Shown here: piece after piece, positions 10,957 to 21,555 of the stretch | Position numbering within the stretch: the stretch's first letter is position 1 | Layout: each line of letters starts with the position of its first letter | Source: Eledone cirrhosa | Lineage: Eukaryota | Direction of reading: 5' to 3' | Assembly (NCBI GenBank): GCA_964016885.1 | Contig: CAXHJY010001124.1 | Span: 1 to 38,742, forward strand | DNA: 38,742 nucleotides | Notes under the pieces: model-generated | Databases searched by the model: none | Told to the model about the DNA's origin: nothing | The model's input: the letters and a program-made list of their open reading frames with translations, nothing else | Program-made: the position numbers and the translations under genes

Positions 10957-12227
10957 TCTTTTGTCAGTGTTGAACAAAAGGGCAACGATGGTTGCTAAAC
11001 ACTGTACGGCTTAATTCGGGCTGTTTGTTTACAAACAAACCGAGCATTATGGTGAATGTTCGGTGGACCCATACGTACATATATATATATATGTGTGCAT
11101 GTATGTATATATACATACTACTGTACGTCTGTATACATATATGTATGTGCGTATACGTGCTTACATACATATATATCCTTCTTCTCTGGAAGAAATCAGC
11201 TGTGTTCAGACCTGAATAGGGGATGGACTTTGCCAGGTTTAAAAGACATGCTGTATGTTATGAGGGCGCCCCGACGACTTCATCGGGCGTTTCAGGTCCA
11301 TACATACATATGTCCTTGGTTGAGCAGGTCTATGATCAAATGCGTTCTAGCCATGACCATCATGTTTATTATTATTATCTAGGATTACCTTTTCTAATGT
11401 GTCCTGACTTTTTAAAAGAGGATCGGGAGGATATGATTTGAGAGAGATCTGGTTACTGTTTCTTGCAGATCTTCTGGTACTTATCATCAGAGTTGATAGG
11501 TACCAGTCAAATACTAGAGGCAATTAAAACAACTATATCACCCTCCAAAATGTATATAGCTTTGCTCCAAGATTAATAAAATCATCATTTGGTTCAAGTT
11601 CTACTCTGATTGGACAGACTTATGATCAAAAGCATTCCTATCTTTCTTCAGGGATATCTAAGAATACATTATCCAGTGATAGTGAATTTCCGAGTTTGAT
11701 TCTATTGTGTATCATCTTGGATCTTGTGAACTGGGTGGGTAGAAAACAGTGTGGAAGCTCGCCGGGAAGGCTGTATCAGTAATTCATAGGCCCAGCCTTA
11801 TCATATACCGTGTCACAGCTACTCATAAATTAATTTAATAAGTAGTTAGTTCAGCTGAACGCCCAACTGGAACACTCGTCGTTGAAATTGACGAAAGATC
11901 CATCCTTTAATGTGTCCTTTACTTTGTCAATAGGGAGATTTAGCTACTATTTCTATCAAGTCGGGTAACGACGTCCAAGATTCCTTGTTGGTTGATTATT
12001 ATTGGGTTAAATGAGGGTAGTAGGTTGGCATAGTCGTTAGACTGTTGGACAAATGAGTAGCGGTATTTACGTTCGAAGTTCAAATTCCGCCTCTGTTAAC
12101 TTTGCCTTTCCTCTTCCCAAGGTCGATAAATAAAGTATCAGTAAAGAACCGAGGTCGATATATTCGAATTTACCCTTCCCAAAATGTCTGGCCTTGTGTC
12201 TATATAAGAAACCATTATTAGGTTAAA

Positions 12228-12416
12228 GGCCGGTGGATTGGCAGTATCGGTAGAGGGTCGGACGCCATGCTTTGTAGCATAGTTACGTCCCTTTACGATC
12301 TGAGTTCAAATCCCGCCGAGGTTAACTTTGCCTTTCATCCTTACGGGGTCGATAAAATAAAGTACCAGTAATGCACTGGGTAATTGCTGGCCTTGTGCCT
12401 AAAGTAGAAACAATTA
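12228..12416 (+). mobile_element. Young full-length tRNA-derived SINE with target-site duplication
   Basis: A-box-like tggcagtatcggtag, B-box gagttcaaatccc, core gcctttcatccttacggggtcgataaaataaagtaccag, tail gccttgtgcctaaagtagaaacaatta. attattaggttaaa(gg) lies on both sides (12214 and 12413). It follows an older copy at ~12020-12215. Confidence 0.85.
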
Positions 12417-12894
12417 TTAGGTTAAAGGAAGAAGATGCTTCTCTATAACCTTTGTAGACTCTTCAGAACTGTAGATAGTCGTGCAATCGACGTTCTGTTT
12501 GAACCTCTGCATGCTAATGCTTATAAAGAAAACGTGGGTAAAATAAAAATCCAGTGGGATGCACTTCTGGTGTGGAAAGATTAAAGGAAGTGCATATAGT
12601 ATAGAATATGAAGAGGAGATACAACAGAGATGAGTTCGTCATGAGGTCACAGCGCATACATGGTAATTCAAGGAGGCAGGAACTCAAGTAGTAGTAGTTG
12701 ACGGAGGAGGAGGGAGAGAGAAAGAAAGAGGAAGCGAATGTGAGGGAGAGGAGAAAACAGATACATCACAATGATTGTAGTGTGTACGATCTAGAATGTT
12801 TATGTGCAGGCCAGAACAGTAAGAGGGGCAAGTATGCCAGTTGGCATAGGCCTACAATTTTTAGGGGCCCTATATCCCTAGATCTTCAGTTCTG

Positions 12895-14022
12895 TTATAT
12901 GAAAATAAATCCTGAACACTGCATGTATATGTATATAACAGTAACCCATATAATATAACCCATTATGTATTTAGCACTGATTACTAAGATACATAATTGT
13001 TTCTACGTTAGGCACAAGGCCAGCAATTACCCAGTGTATTACTGGTACTTTATTTTATCGACCCCGTAAGGATGAAAGGCAAAGTTAACCTCAGCGGGAT
13101 TTGAACACAATGACCAGTTTGAAATGGGACCTACTTTTCGTATCTGGCCTGGGTCTATTACCAGCTTTGTATGGGGTTACTTCAGATATTTGGCCTGTCT
13201 ATTGCCAGCTTTGCATGGTCTTACAGTTCACTTTGGGTCTGTTACCTACTTTGCTTGGACCTGTTTGAGTGTACTACAATACTCTCAGGTAAATTTCAGT
13301 TGTGTCTTTTAGGGGGACTAACAACTGTTTATAGTTATAACATTTTAGGGGACGTTTTGGTTGTTATTGTTCAGGAACGGATGTGTGGTTAAGGAGTTCG
13401 CTTTGTAACCACGGCGTTTCGGGGACAGTTCTACTGCATGGCACGTTGGACGGTTGACTAATGCTTTGTGAATGAAATTTGAAAGACGAAAAATATGTGG
13501 GAGTCCATCGTGCGCGTGCGTGTATTTACGTTTGCTATTTATTAGCATAATTTAGTGGTTCGGCAAAAAAGGCGTTCGATGAAATACGTACTAACTTGAA
13601 AAAAAGTATTGAGGTCGATGTGATCGACTAAATCTCTATCTCAGTGCCCCAGCGTGGCCGCAATATAATGGTTGTAATCAGTAAAAGAAGTTTTAACATT
13701 TGTAAAAGTTTGTGTTGGCTGCATGAGCCAAACCCAAATTTAAGTAATTTGAAATATTTCTAAACGTGCTTTAAACCTTTCATCGTGTAAAAGAAACGAC
13801 AATCCTTTCCCATTTGGCATTTAGGTTAAATAAGAATAGAGGGCAATTATATATACAGTATATATATCAGATCTGTTTAAAGCTGGTAATAGTCTCAGGT
13901 CAGATGTGGAATGTAGGTCCCATTTCATTCAAGTGCTTATGAAGTATTTTAGTAATCAGTGCTAAATACATATGATTTATATGGGTTATGGTATATTTCT
14001 GTGCAGTATACATTTTATATAC
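12895..14022. mobile_element. Degenerate long inverted-repeat (foldback/MITE-like) element with a SINE inserted in the left arm
   Basis: tatgtatttagcactgattactaa (~12965) pairs with ttagtaatcagtgctaaatacata (~13949). tgaaatgggacctac...tctattaccagcttt (13120-13168) pairs with aaagctggtaatag...gtaggtcccatttca (13879-13927). Confidence 0.6.
12995..13106 (-). mobile_element. 5'-truncated copy of the same young SINE
   Basis: Near-identical reverse complement of 12305-12416. Confidence 0.85.
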
Positions 14023-14126
14023 GACCACAGCCGTTACTCGCAATCGAGTATGCCTTGTTAGTAAGTATCACGCCTTCTTTAAGCGTCTTTTGTGCCCTTG
14101 CAGACACTTTCTTGGCCATCCCTCCC

Positions 14127-15582
14127 TTGATCCAGTGAAACATCTACGGTGTGGCAGCTTGAAGGAGTGAGGACTACATCTGCACTGGGCTAGGTCTTTC
14201 TTTATCGGCTTCGAAGGTTGATCCAGTGAAAGATCTACGGTGTGGCAGCTTGAAGGAGTGAGGACTACATCTGCACTGGGCTAGGTCTTTCTTTATCGGC
14301 TTCGAAGGTTGATCCAGTGAAAGATCTACGGTGTGGCAGCTTGAAGGAGTGAGGACTACATCTGCACTGGGCTAGGTCTTTCTTTATCGGCTTCGAAGGT
14401 TGATCCAGTGAAAGATCTACGGTGTGGCAGCTTGAAGGAGTGAGGACTACATCAGCACTGGGCTAGGTCTTTCTTTATCGGCTTCGAAGGTTGATCCAGT
14501 GAAAGATCTACGGTGTGGCAGCTTGAAGGAGTGAGGACTACATCAGCACTGGGCTAGGTCTTTCTTTATCGGCTTCGAAGGTTGATCCAGTGAAAGATCT
14601 ACGGTGTGGCAGCTTGAAGGAGTGAGGACTACATCAGCACTGGGCTAGGTCTTTCTTTATCGGCTTCGAAGGTTGATCCAGTGAAAGATCTACGGTGTGG
14701 CAGCTTGAAGGAGTGAGGACTACATCAGCACTGGGCTAGGTCTTTCTTTATCGGCTTCGAAGGTTGATCCAGTGAAAGATCTACGGTGTGGCAGCTTGAA
14801 GGAGTGAGGACTACATCTGCACTGGGCTAGGTCTTTCTTTATCGGCTTCGAAGGTTGATCCAGTGAAAGATCTACGGTGTGGCAGCTTGAAGGAGTGAGG
14901 ACTACATCAGCACTGGGCTAGGTCTTTCTTTATCGGCTTCGAAGGTTGATCCAGTGAAAGATCTACGGTGTGGCAGCTTGAAGGAGTGAGGACTACATCA
15001 GCACTGGGCTAGGTCTTTCTTTATCGGCTTCGAAGGTTGATCCAGTGAAAGATCTACGGTGTGGCAGCTTGAAGGAGTGAGGACTACATCTGCACTGGGC
15101 GAGGTCTTTCTTTATCGGCTTCGAAGGTTGATCCAGTGAAAGATCTACGGTGTGGCAGCTTGAAGGAGTGAGGACTACATCAGCACTGGGCTAGGTCTTT
15201 CTTTATCGGCTTCGAAGGTTGATCCAGTGAAAGATCTACGGTGTGGCAGCTTGAAGGAGTGAGGACTACATCAGCACTGGGCTAGGTCTTTCTTTATCGG
15301 CTTCGAAGGTTGATCCAGTGAAAGATCTACGGTGTGGCAGCTTGAAGGAGTGAGGACTACATCAGCACTGGGCTAGGTCTTTCTTTATCGGCTTCGAAGG
15401 TTGATCCAGTGAAAGATCTACGGTGTGGCAGCTTGAAGGAGTGAGGACTACATCTGCACTGGGCGAGGTCTTTCTTTATCGGCTTCGAAGGTTGATCCAG
15501 TGAAAGATCTACGGTGTGGCAGCTTGAAGGAGTGAGGACTACATCTGCACTGGGCGAGGTCTTTCTTTATCGGCTTCGAAGG
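14127..15582. repeat. 91-bp tandem repeat, 16 near-identical copies
   Basis: Unit gatccagtgaaagatctacggtgtggcagcttgaaggagtgaggactacatc(t/a)gcactgggc(t/g)aggtctttctttatcggcttcgaaggtt starts at 14129+91n (n=0-15). Confidence 0.98.
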
Positions 15583-15655
15583 GATGAAAAGCAACATGAA
15601 CCTAGGTGGGATTTGAACTCATAACGCATTGACCTGCAACAAATATCCAACGTAA

Positions 15656-15836
15656 TAACTGTTTCTACTTTTGGCACAAGGCCAGCAATTACCCAGTGCA
15701 TTACTGGTACTTTATTTTATCGACCCCGTAAGGATGAAAGGCAAAGTTAACCTCGGCGGGATTTGAACTCAGATCATAAAGGGACGTAACTCTATGCTTC
15801 AAAGCATGGTGTCCGACTCTCTACCGATACTGCCAA
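15656..15836 (-). mobile_element. Young SINE copy, near full length
   Basis: Reverse complement of 12238-12415 with few differences. Confidence 0.88.
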
Positions 15837-16369
15837 ATGCCCCAAGTTTGATCCTATTGCATGTCATCTTGGGCAAGTGTCATTTACCATAGTCTAGATT
15901 ATATATCATTCTTAAATATATTGCTTTGAAAACATTGAAGGATTTAAATTGCTTTCTTCAACAAAATCAACTTTTGCTGCACATTCCCTCGGAGACTATT
16001 AATAAAACATTTTAGAAAAGACAGAAGAATAACGAGAGAAAACTTTCCTGGCTGTGAAAGTATATATTCTTTTTGAAAGACAATGCCTAAGAATAAGAAG
16101 AATATATTGTTGTTTAACGGCTGAGTCATGAAGGAAAGGCGTAGTCTTCTGTTTACCAATGCCTCCGCCACCTCGTGTAGGAGACATTACATTCTTTGTC
16201 GAGATATAAATTTTGCTTATAGGAAACAGTTTTACTAGCTTGTAATTGGTGAGACCTAACGATATCATGAATGAATGAATTACTTCGAGTCATTTAAAAC
16301 CAGGGAGGGGGAGGAGACATGATAAATTATAATGTTTCTAGACATAAGAATTTATTGCAGTGAAATTTA

Positions 16370-17570
16370 ATGGTTTAGAACAAGTAGTAAAATGTATTCG
16401 TGGTTGTTTTTTTATATTTCCAGCGATATATTTGTTCCGGTCCTTTGCATTCTGTGTTCACATCATGCCGAGGTCAACTTTGCCTTTCATCATTCCTGGA
16501 TCGATAAAATAAAGTATCAGTCAAGTACTGGGGGTTGATTTAATCAGCTTTGTTATTTCCCCGAAATTTCCTGGCCTTGTGCCTAAATTAGAAATCAATA
16601 TTTCCATCGTTCTATTTATTCCAGCCATTTACGTTCTGAATTGAAATCACACAGAGGTCAACTTCACTTTTCAGCCGTTGCGGGGGGTGGGGGGAAATCG
16701 ATAAATAAATTACCAGTCAAATACTGCGGTAGATTTAATCGACCTTTTCTTTTCCCAAAATTGCTGGTCCTGTGCCTGTAAATAAACATATCTGCTTCGT
16801 TTGGATTTAATATCAGAATATCTCAATCTTTATTAACTTGCAGTCGTTAAAATAGTTAAAATATAGGACAAATTGCCTCACGGTGTTTGTTCTGGCTCTC
16901 TGCACTCAGAGTTCAAATGTCACCAAAGTCTACTTTGCCTTTCATGCATTCGGAGTTAATATAACGTAGCAGTCCAAGAAGGTGGATTGTCAGAATTATT
17001 AGAGTACTGGATGACAGTTTTGAGTTCAAATCTCGCGATGGCCTATTTAGGTGGTACACTTAATCCACCGATCGGTTTAACATCACTACCTGTACTTCGG
17101 GCCTGGTCTCCACTTTGAGGATACCATTCTCTCCCCTTCTCTTACCACTATCGGAATCATTGAAAATGGTCTTGAGCACTGCTCTTTCTTCCCTGACTAA
17201 AACAGTAATAAATAAATAATAGAGTTAACTCATCTCATTTCCAGCGTCATATTCTTGTAGAAAGAAGAAAAAGCTGTTTTTACTCTACGGTGTTACTTTG
17301 CAGGAATAACGGATGTTAACAAGATTGGACGAGCCACTAAAAAAAAAAAGCAGTAAGTGCTAATAAAAGTTTCTAATTTGGACACAAGGACAACGGTTTG
17401 GGATAAGGGGAAAGTCGATCAAATTGGCCCCAGTATTGAACTGGTGTTATATTTTATCGACACCGGAAGGATGAAAGGTAAAGTTGACGTTGGTGGGATT
17501 CGAACGTACAAAGCCAGAGCAAATGTCGCAAAGCCTTTTGTTTGACGCCTTAATTATTCTGACAATTCAC
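16370..17570. mobile_element. Cluster of older diverged copies of the same SINE superfamily; others at ~8930-9395, 20520, 22145-22320, 26750, 29700, 30470, 35230-35380
   Basis: Recurrent gaggtcaactttgcctttcatc...gtcgataaa..aagtaccagtc-like cores occur in both orientations. Confidence 0.75.
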
Positions 17571-18390
17571 GCTCTGACTTGTGCTAACAACACGATATAA
17601 TTTTCTCAATATCAACTTCTGCTGACATTCTTACTCGACTACACCAAGAAAAATGTTTCGCCTGATTAGAATATCCTCCATCTTGCCAATAAATTTCATT
17701 TCTGCAACTTCAGTTTAAATAAAGTACTTTTTCTTTTTATTTCCTTCGGTTACCACTGTACTGTACTACTTTAACTTTCCATTTCTAATTCATATCAATT
17801 TAAATTTCTCATAAATCTACAAATATCTTCTTTAGTGTGTAGTGGTGAGAGGAGCCCCACCCTAATGTACATATTAATTAATATCGGCCTGTCTACTTGG
17901 CAACTTCTCTCTCAAACATATCTTCGCTCCGCGTTAATAGTACATGTATGGACACGGCTTTCTTTTAAACACAGGAAATACTTTGTGCTCTATAAACTCA
18001 AGATTAAATATAGTTCTCTAGTATTGTGGATTCTGTGGTTAGAAGGGTAAAAAAATAAAATAAATAAAAACGTAATGTACCGGCTGATTAGGACTGGGGT
18101 GGCTTCCTCTTGCCACATCAAGGTCTTTGGTGTGTATGTTGGACGACGGATGTTCTAGATACTTGATCAACGGAACAGCCTGGTTGTGAAATTAATTTCA
18201 TAGGCATGTACAGCTTTAACGCAATCTGAATTTTCTGTATATAAGCGTCATTCACATACAACATACCTCAATCCTGTACTACCTCCATAAACATAGATCT
18301 CCACCTTCTTCAATGAGCGTCATGACAATCCAGTTTCTTTCAACATCACTGCTCATAAATTAAGAAAATTATTTTGTATTTCAACAGGCA

Positions 18391-19558
18391 AAATGTAGGC
18401 CACTGAAGCTCGTAATAGACGCAGGCCAGATGTGAAAGTAGACCTTAGGCCAAATGTAGGCCACTGAAGCTCGTAATAGGCGCAGGCCAGATGTGAAAGT
18501 AGACCTTAGGCCAGATGTAGGCCACTGAAGCTCGTAATAGGCGCAGGCCAGATGTGAAAGTAGACCTTAGGCCAAATGTAGGCCACTGAAGCTCGTAATA
18601 GACGCACGCCAGATGTGAAAGTAGACCTTAGGCCAAATGTAAGCCACTGAAGCTCGTAATAGACTCAGGCCAGATGTGAAAGTAAACCTTAGGCCAGATG
18701 TGAAAGTAGACCTTAGGCCAGATGTAGGCCACTGAAGCTCGTAATAGACGCAGGCCAGATGTGAAAGTAGACCTTAGGCCAGATGTAGGCCACTGAAGCT
18801 CGTAATAGACGCAGGCTAGATGTGAAAGTAGACCTTAGGCCAAATGTAAGCCACTGAAGCTCGTAATAGACTCAGGCCAGATGTGAAAGTAAACCTTAGG
18901 CCAGATGTGAAAGTAGACCTTAGGCCAGATGTAGGCCACTGAAGCTCGTAATAGACGCAGGCCAGATGTGAAAGTAGACCTTAGGCCAGATGTAGGCCAC
19001 TGAAGCTCGTAATAGACGCAGGCTAGATGTGAAAGTAGACCTTAGGCCAGATGTAGGCCACTGAAGCTCGTAATAGACGCAGGCTAGATGTGAAAGTAGA
19101 CCTTAGGCCAGATGTAGGCCACTGAAGCTCGTAATAGGCGCAGGCCAGATGTGAAAGTAGACCTTAGGCCAAATGTAGGCCACTGAAGCTCGTAATAGAC
19201 GCAGGCCAGATGTGAAAGTAGACCTTAGGCCAAATGTAGGCCACTGAAGCTCGTAATAGGCGCAGGCCAGATGTGAAAGTAGACCTTAGGCCAAATGTAG
19301 GCCACTGAAGCTCGTAATAGACTCAGGCCAGATGTGAAAGTAAACCTTAGGCCAGATGTGAAAGTAGACCTTAGGCCAGATGTAGGCCACTGAAGCTCGT
19401 AATAGACGCAGGCCAGATGTGAAAGTATACCTTAGGCCACTGAAGCTCGTAATAGACGCAGGCCAGATGTGAAAGTATACCTTAGGCCAAATGTAGGCCA
19501 CTGAAGCTCGTAATAGACGCAGGCCAGATGTGAAAGTAGACCTTATTTCAAACTGCTC
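18391..19558. repeat. 61-bp tandem repeat, ~18 copies with three 24-bp internal duplications
   Basis: Unit a(a/g)atgtaggccactgaagctcgtaatagacgcaggccagatgtgaaagtagaccttaggcc. The array ends in ttatttcaaactgctc. Confidence 0.97.
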
Positions 19559-20699
19559 GTTAAATAAAGTTCCTCCCAGACTGATGAGATGGATGCGGCT
19601 GGTGGTCAGCAGGTACATTTGTCTGTTAATACTTGCAGAAAAAATGTGGTCAGTGTAGATGGTCTGGTCTGAATATTTACAACAGATTGAGTTACCCCAA
19701 GACGTTCTTTTTGTTTCTTTCTGTATATGTGTACCTCGGACTTCGTTATCCAATGTTACCTTTTTTTTTTTTTTTTTTTTTAAAGTCATCATGTGTGCTA
19801 TATTCTGTCATACACCCGACTTGACATCTACAGCGGTGCCGTAGTAATATTTTTCTTTATTCAGAATTATAGAGGGTAGTTCTCTTTTGATGAGAACATT
19901 CCGAACATGCATAAAAGGGTAATCATGTTTGGATTGCTCCTCTGTATACAGACAAAGTGTTTATACTTCATATTTTTCACACAAAAAAAAAAAAAAAAAA
20001 AAAAATGTAGTTATATCTGTTAAATTTACCTTAAATATGCTAATGAAATCATTTACTGCAGTAGTTGCTGCTGTTTTTCATCAGTTAACTTTGATATGAG
20101 AAGTATGTTGGTACTGAGGGTGATATTCGTCCAACTGATTTCAACGTAACACAAGGAGGACGGATCATCTGATGGGCTTCCAAACAATTTGAACAATTTG
20201 TCTCCCCAATTAAATGACACTTGCTCAAGTTATCACGCAGATGGATCGAACCCCGATCATTATGCTTTCAAAATGAACTTCTTAACAATTCTGTCATGTT
20301 GCATCTACGGTAATATTGTATGCATAAACAATTCATATTGCTTCCTACATATTTACAGAAAAACACGTATTTTTTTAAACCCCCATATGAAATCTGGCCC
20401 TTGTGTATTTTGTGCTGTATGGACTCGTAACTCTTGGTGGAGTCATAGGGGCGCCCTTTCTTGGGCATTTAAAACCTTTGATAGAGATGAGATGAGATGA
20501 GAGATATTGAGGAAAAGATATTGGACCTTGAAAGGATGAAAGGCAAAGTTAATCTCGGCGGGATTTGAACAACGACTGCCAATTTAACAACTCTCCGCTT
20601 TGACGGTGGTTTCATATATTCTTAGCCCCCCCCCCTCTCATAAATGTGTGTGGTGGGGGGGGGGGGGGTGTAAATTAAAGATGTTTACTTCAATAAATA

Positions 20700-21555
20700 A
20701 CATTTACTTTCGAACGATTACACAAAATATAATTTCATGACGGTTCTCTGCATTAGCGACATCAGATTAAAAAATATTGTGGAAAATGAGAACAAATACA
20801 AATACTTAATCAAGGATTTTTTGTTATTTTTTACGCTTTCAGTATCGAAAGGGCTAAAAGATGCATCGTCATTTCCTAAAGAAGCGTGAACATCACATGA
20901 TCCTGCTACTTAGGTAAAATATCCAGTGTAAATTGTGCCATTGTAAGAAAATGTTCTCTCGAGACATTTTACCTCTCTTGCTCAATCAAAATCCATTATA
21001 ACATAAAAACATAAACTCCACAGCATTCAATTTTCTATTTAAAATCTTAATGCCTACATAAGAAACAGTGTTATCTCAGTTATGTGCATTACATACTAAG
21101 CGCTAAACCGGTTGATTCTCGGTCGAAGCCTGCTTTCAAAAAACATTACAATTCCGCCATCCAACCACAAATGTTTGTAAGTTTCGTAAAAAGGGGAAAA
21201 GATACATATTATTTTAAGTTTAGGTTGTATTTCCTCAGTGAATGACTTCATGGTGATAAACACCCTTAACGCGAGAGCATATCCGTTGAAACATATATAT
21301 CAAATTGTATCCGCTTCATTGGATACAGTTTCACCACTGAAATTTCTCTCGCACACCATTTCAGTTAATGTGATGTAACCAGACCGGATGTCAATTTCAA
21401 ATTGAATTGAATGAGTAACGATGATAGTGAAGCTAAACAATACTTTGATTACAAGTGTGGAGATTTTTGTCGTTGAATATGTTTTAGTTATTGTTCATTA
21501 TCAAACATGTTTAACAAATTATTCTGAATCCTTTGATGTGAAGTCAAATTTTCTA
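20700..21555 (-). pseudogene. Highly decayed pogo/Tigger (CENP-B HTH + DDE) transposase fossil
   Basis: Minus-strand translation across stops and frameshifts gives motifs in the expected order: IQNNLLNMFD..KISTLVIK, SG-WLHH..GVR-RNFSGETVS (GWL..F..R..SGE), KAGF..NRFS-LVCNA (DR.T...C.NA), KMSRENIFLQW (WMT..IF..W) and IKYLYL..SLMQ. Confidence 0.5.

Larger units (their letters stand above)
10318..11166. mobile_element. Non-autonomous PLE-like (pLTR) element: 430-bp unit, partial direct repeat, then inverted copy
   Basis: 10318-10472 is repeated at 10748-10902, and 10900-11166 is the reverse complement of 10375-10641. It is flanked by TA-rich repeats and contains two hammerheads. Confidence 0.8.

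Noticed and set aside
11450-11495. Minus-strand CTGATGA...GAAAcagTA
   Set aside because: Helices I and II do not pair, and it lies in decayed repeat sequence.
14127-15582. 91-bp array as a CRISPR array or hammerhead satellite (CTGATGT on the minus strand in A-variant units)
   Set aside because: There are no unique spacers and the context is eukaryotic. No helix II can form, and the helix I/III register is off.
15944-16268. Possible hAT transposase remnant or host exon (ARKVFSRY, SLRGN)
   Set aside because: The resemblance is too weak to support without a search.
18391-19544. CTGAAGC...GAAA in the 61-bp unit as a hammerhead, and ORF 19286-19792 as a gene
   Set aside because: The core is non-canonical and the helices do not close. 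The ORF is just translated tandem repeat plus poly-A.
19581-20090. Isolated CTGATGA at 19581 (+) and ~20078 (-)
   Set aside because: No compatible helix II, GAAA and UH arrangement follows either one.
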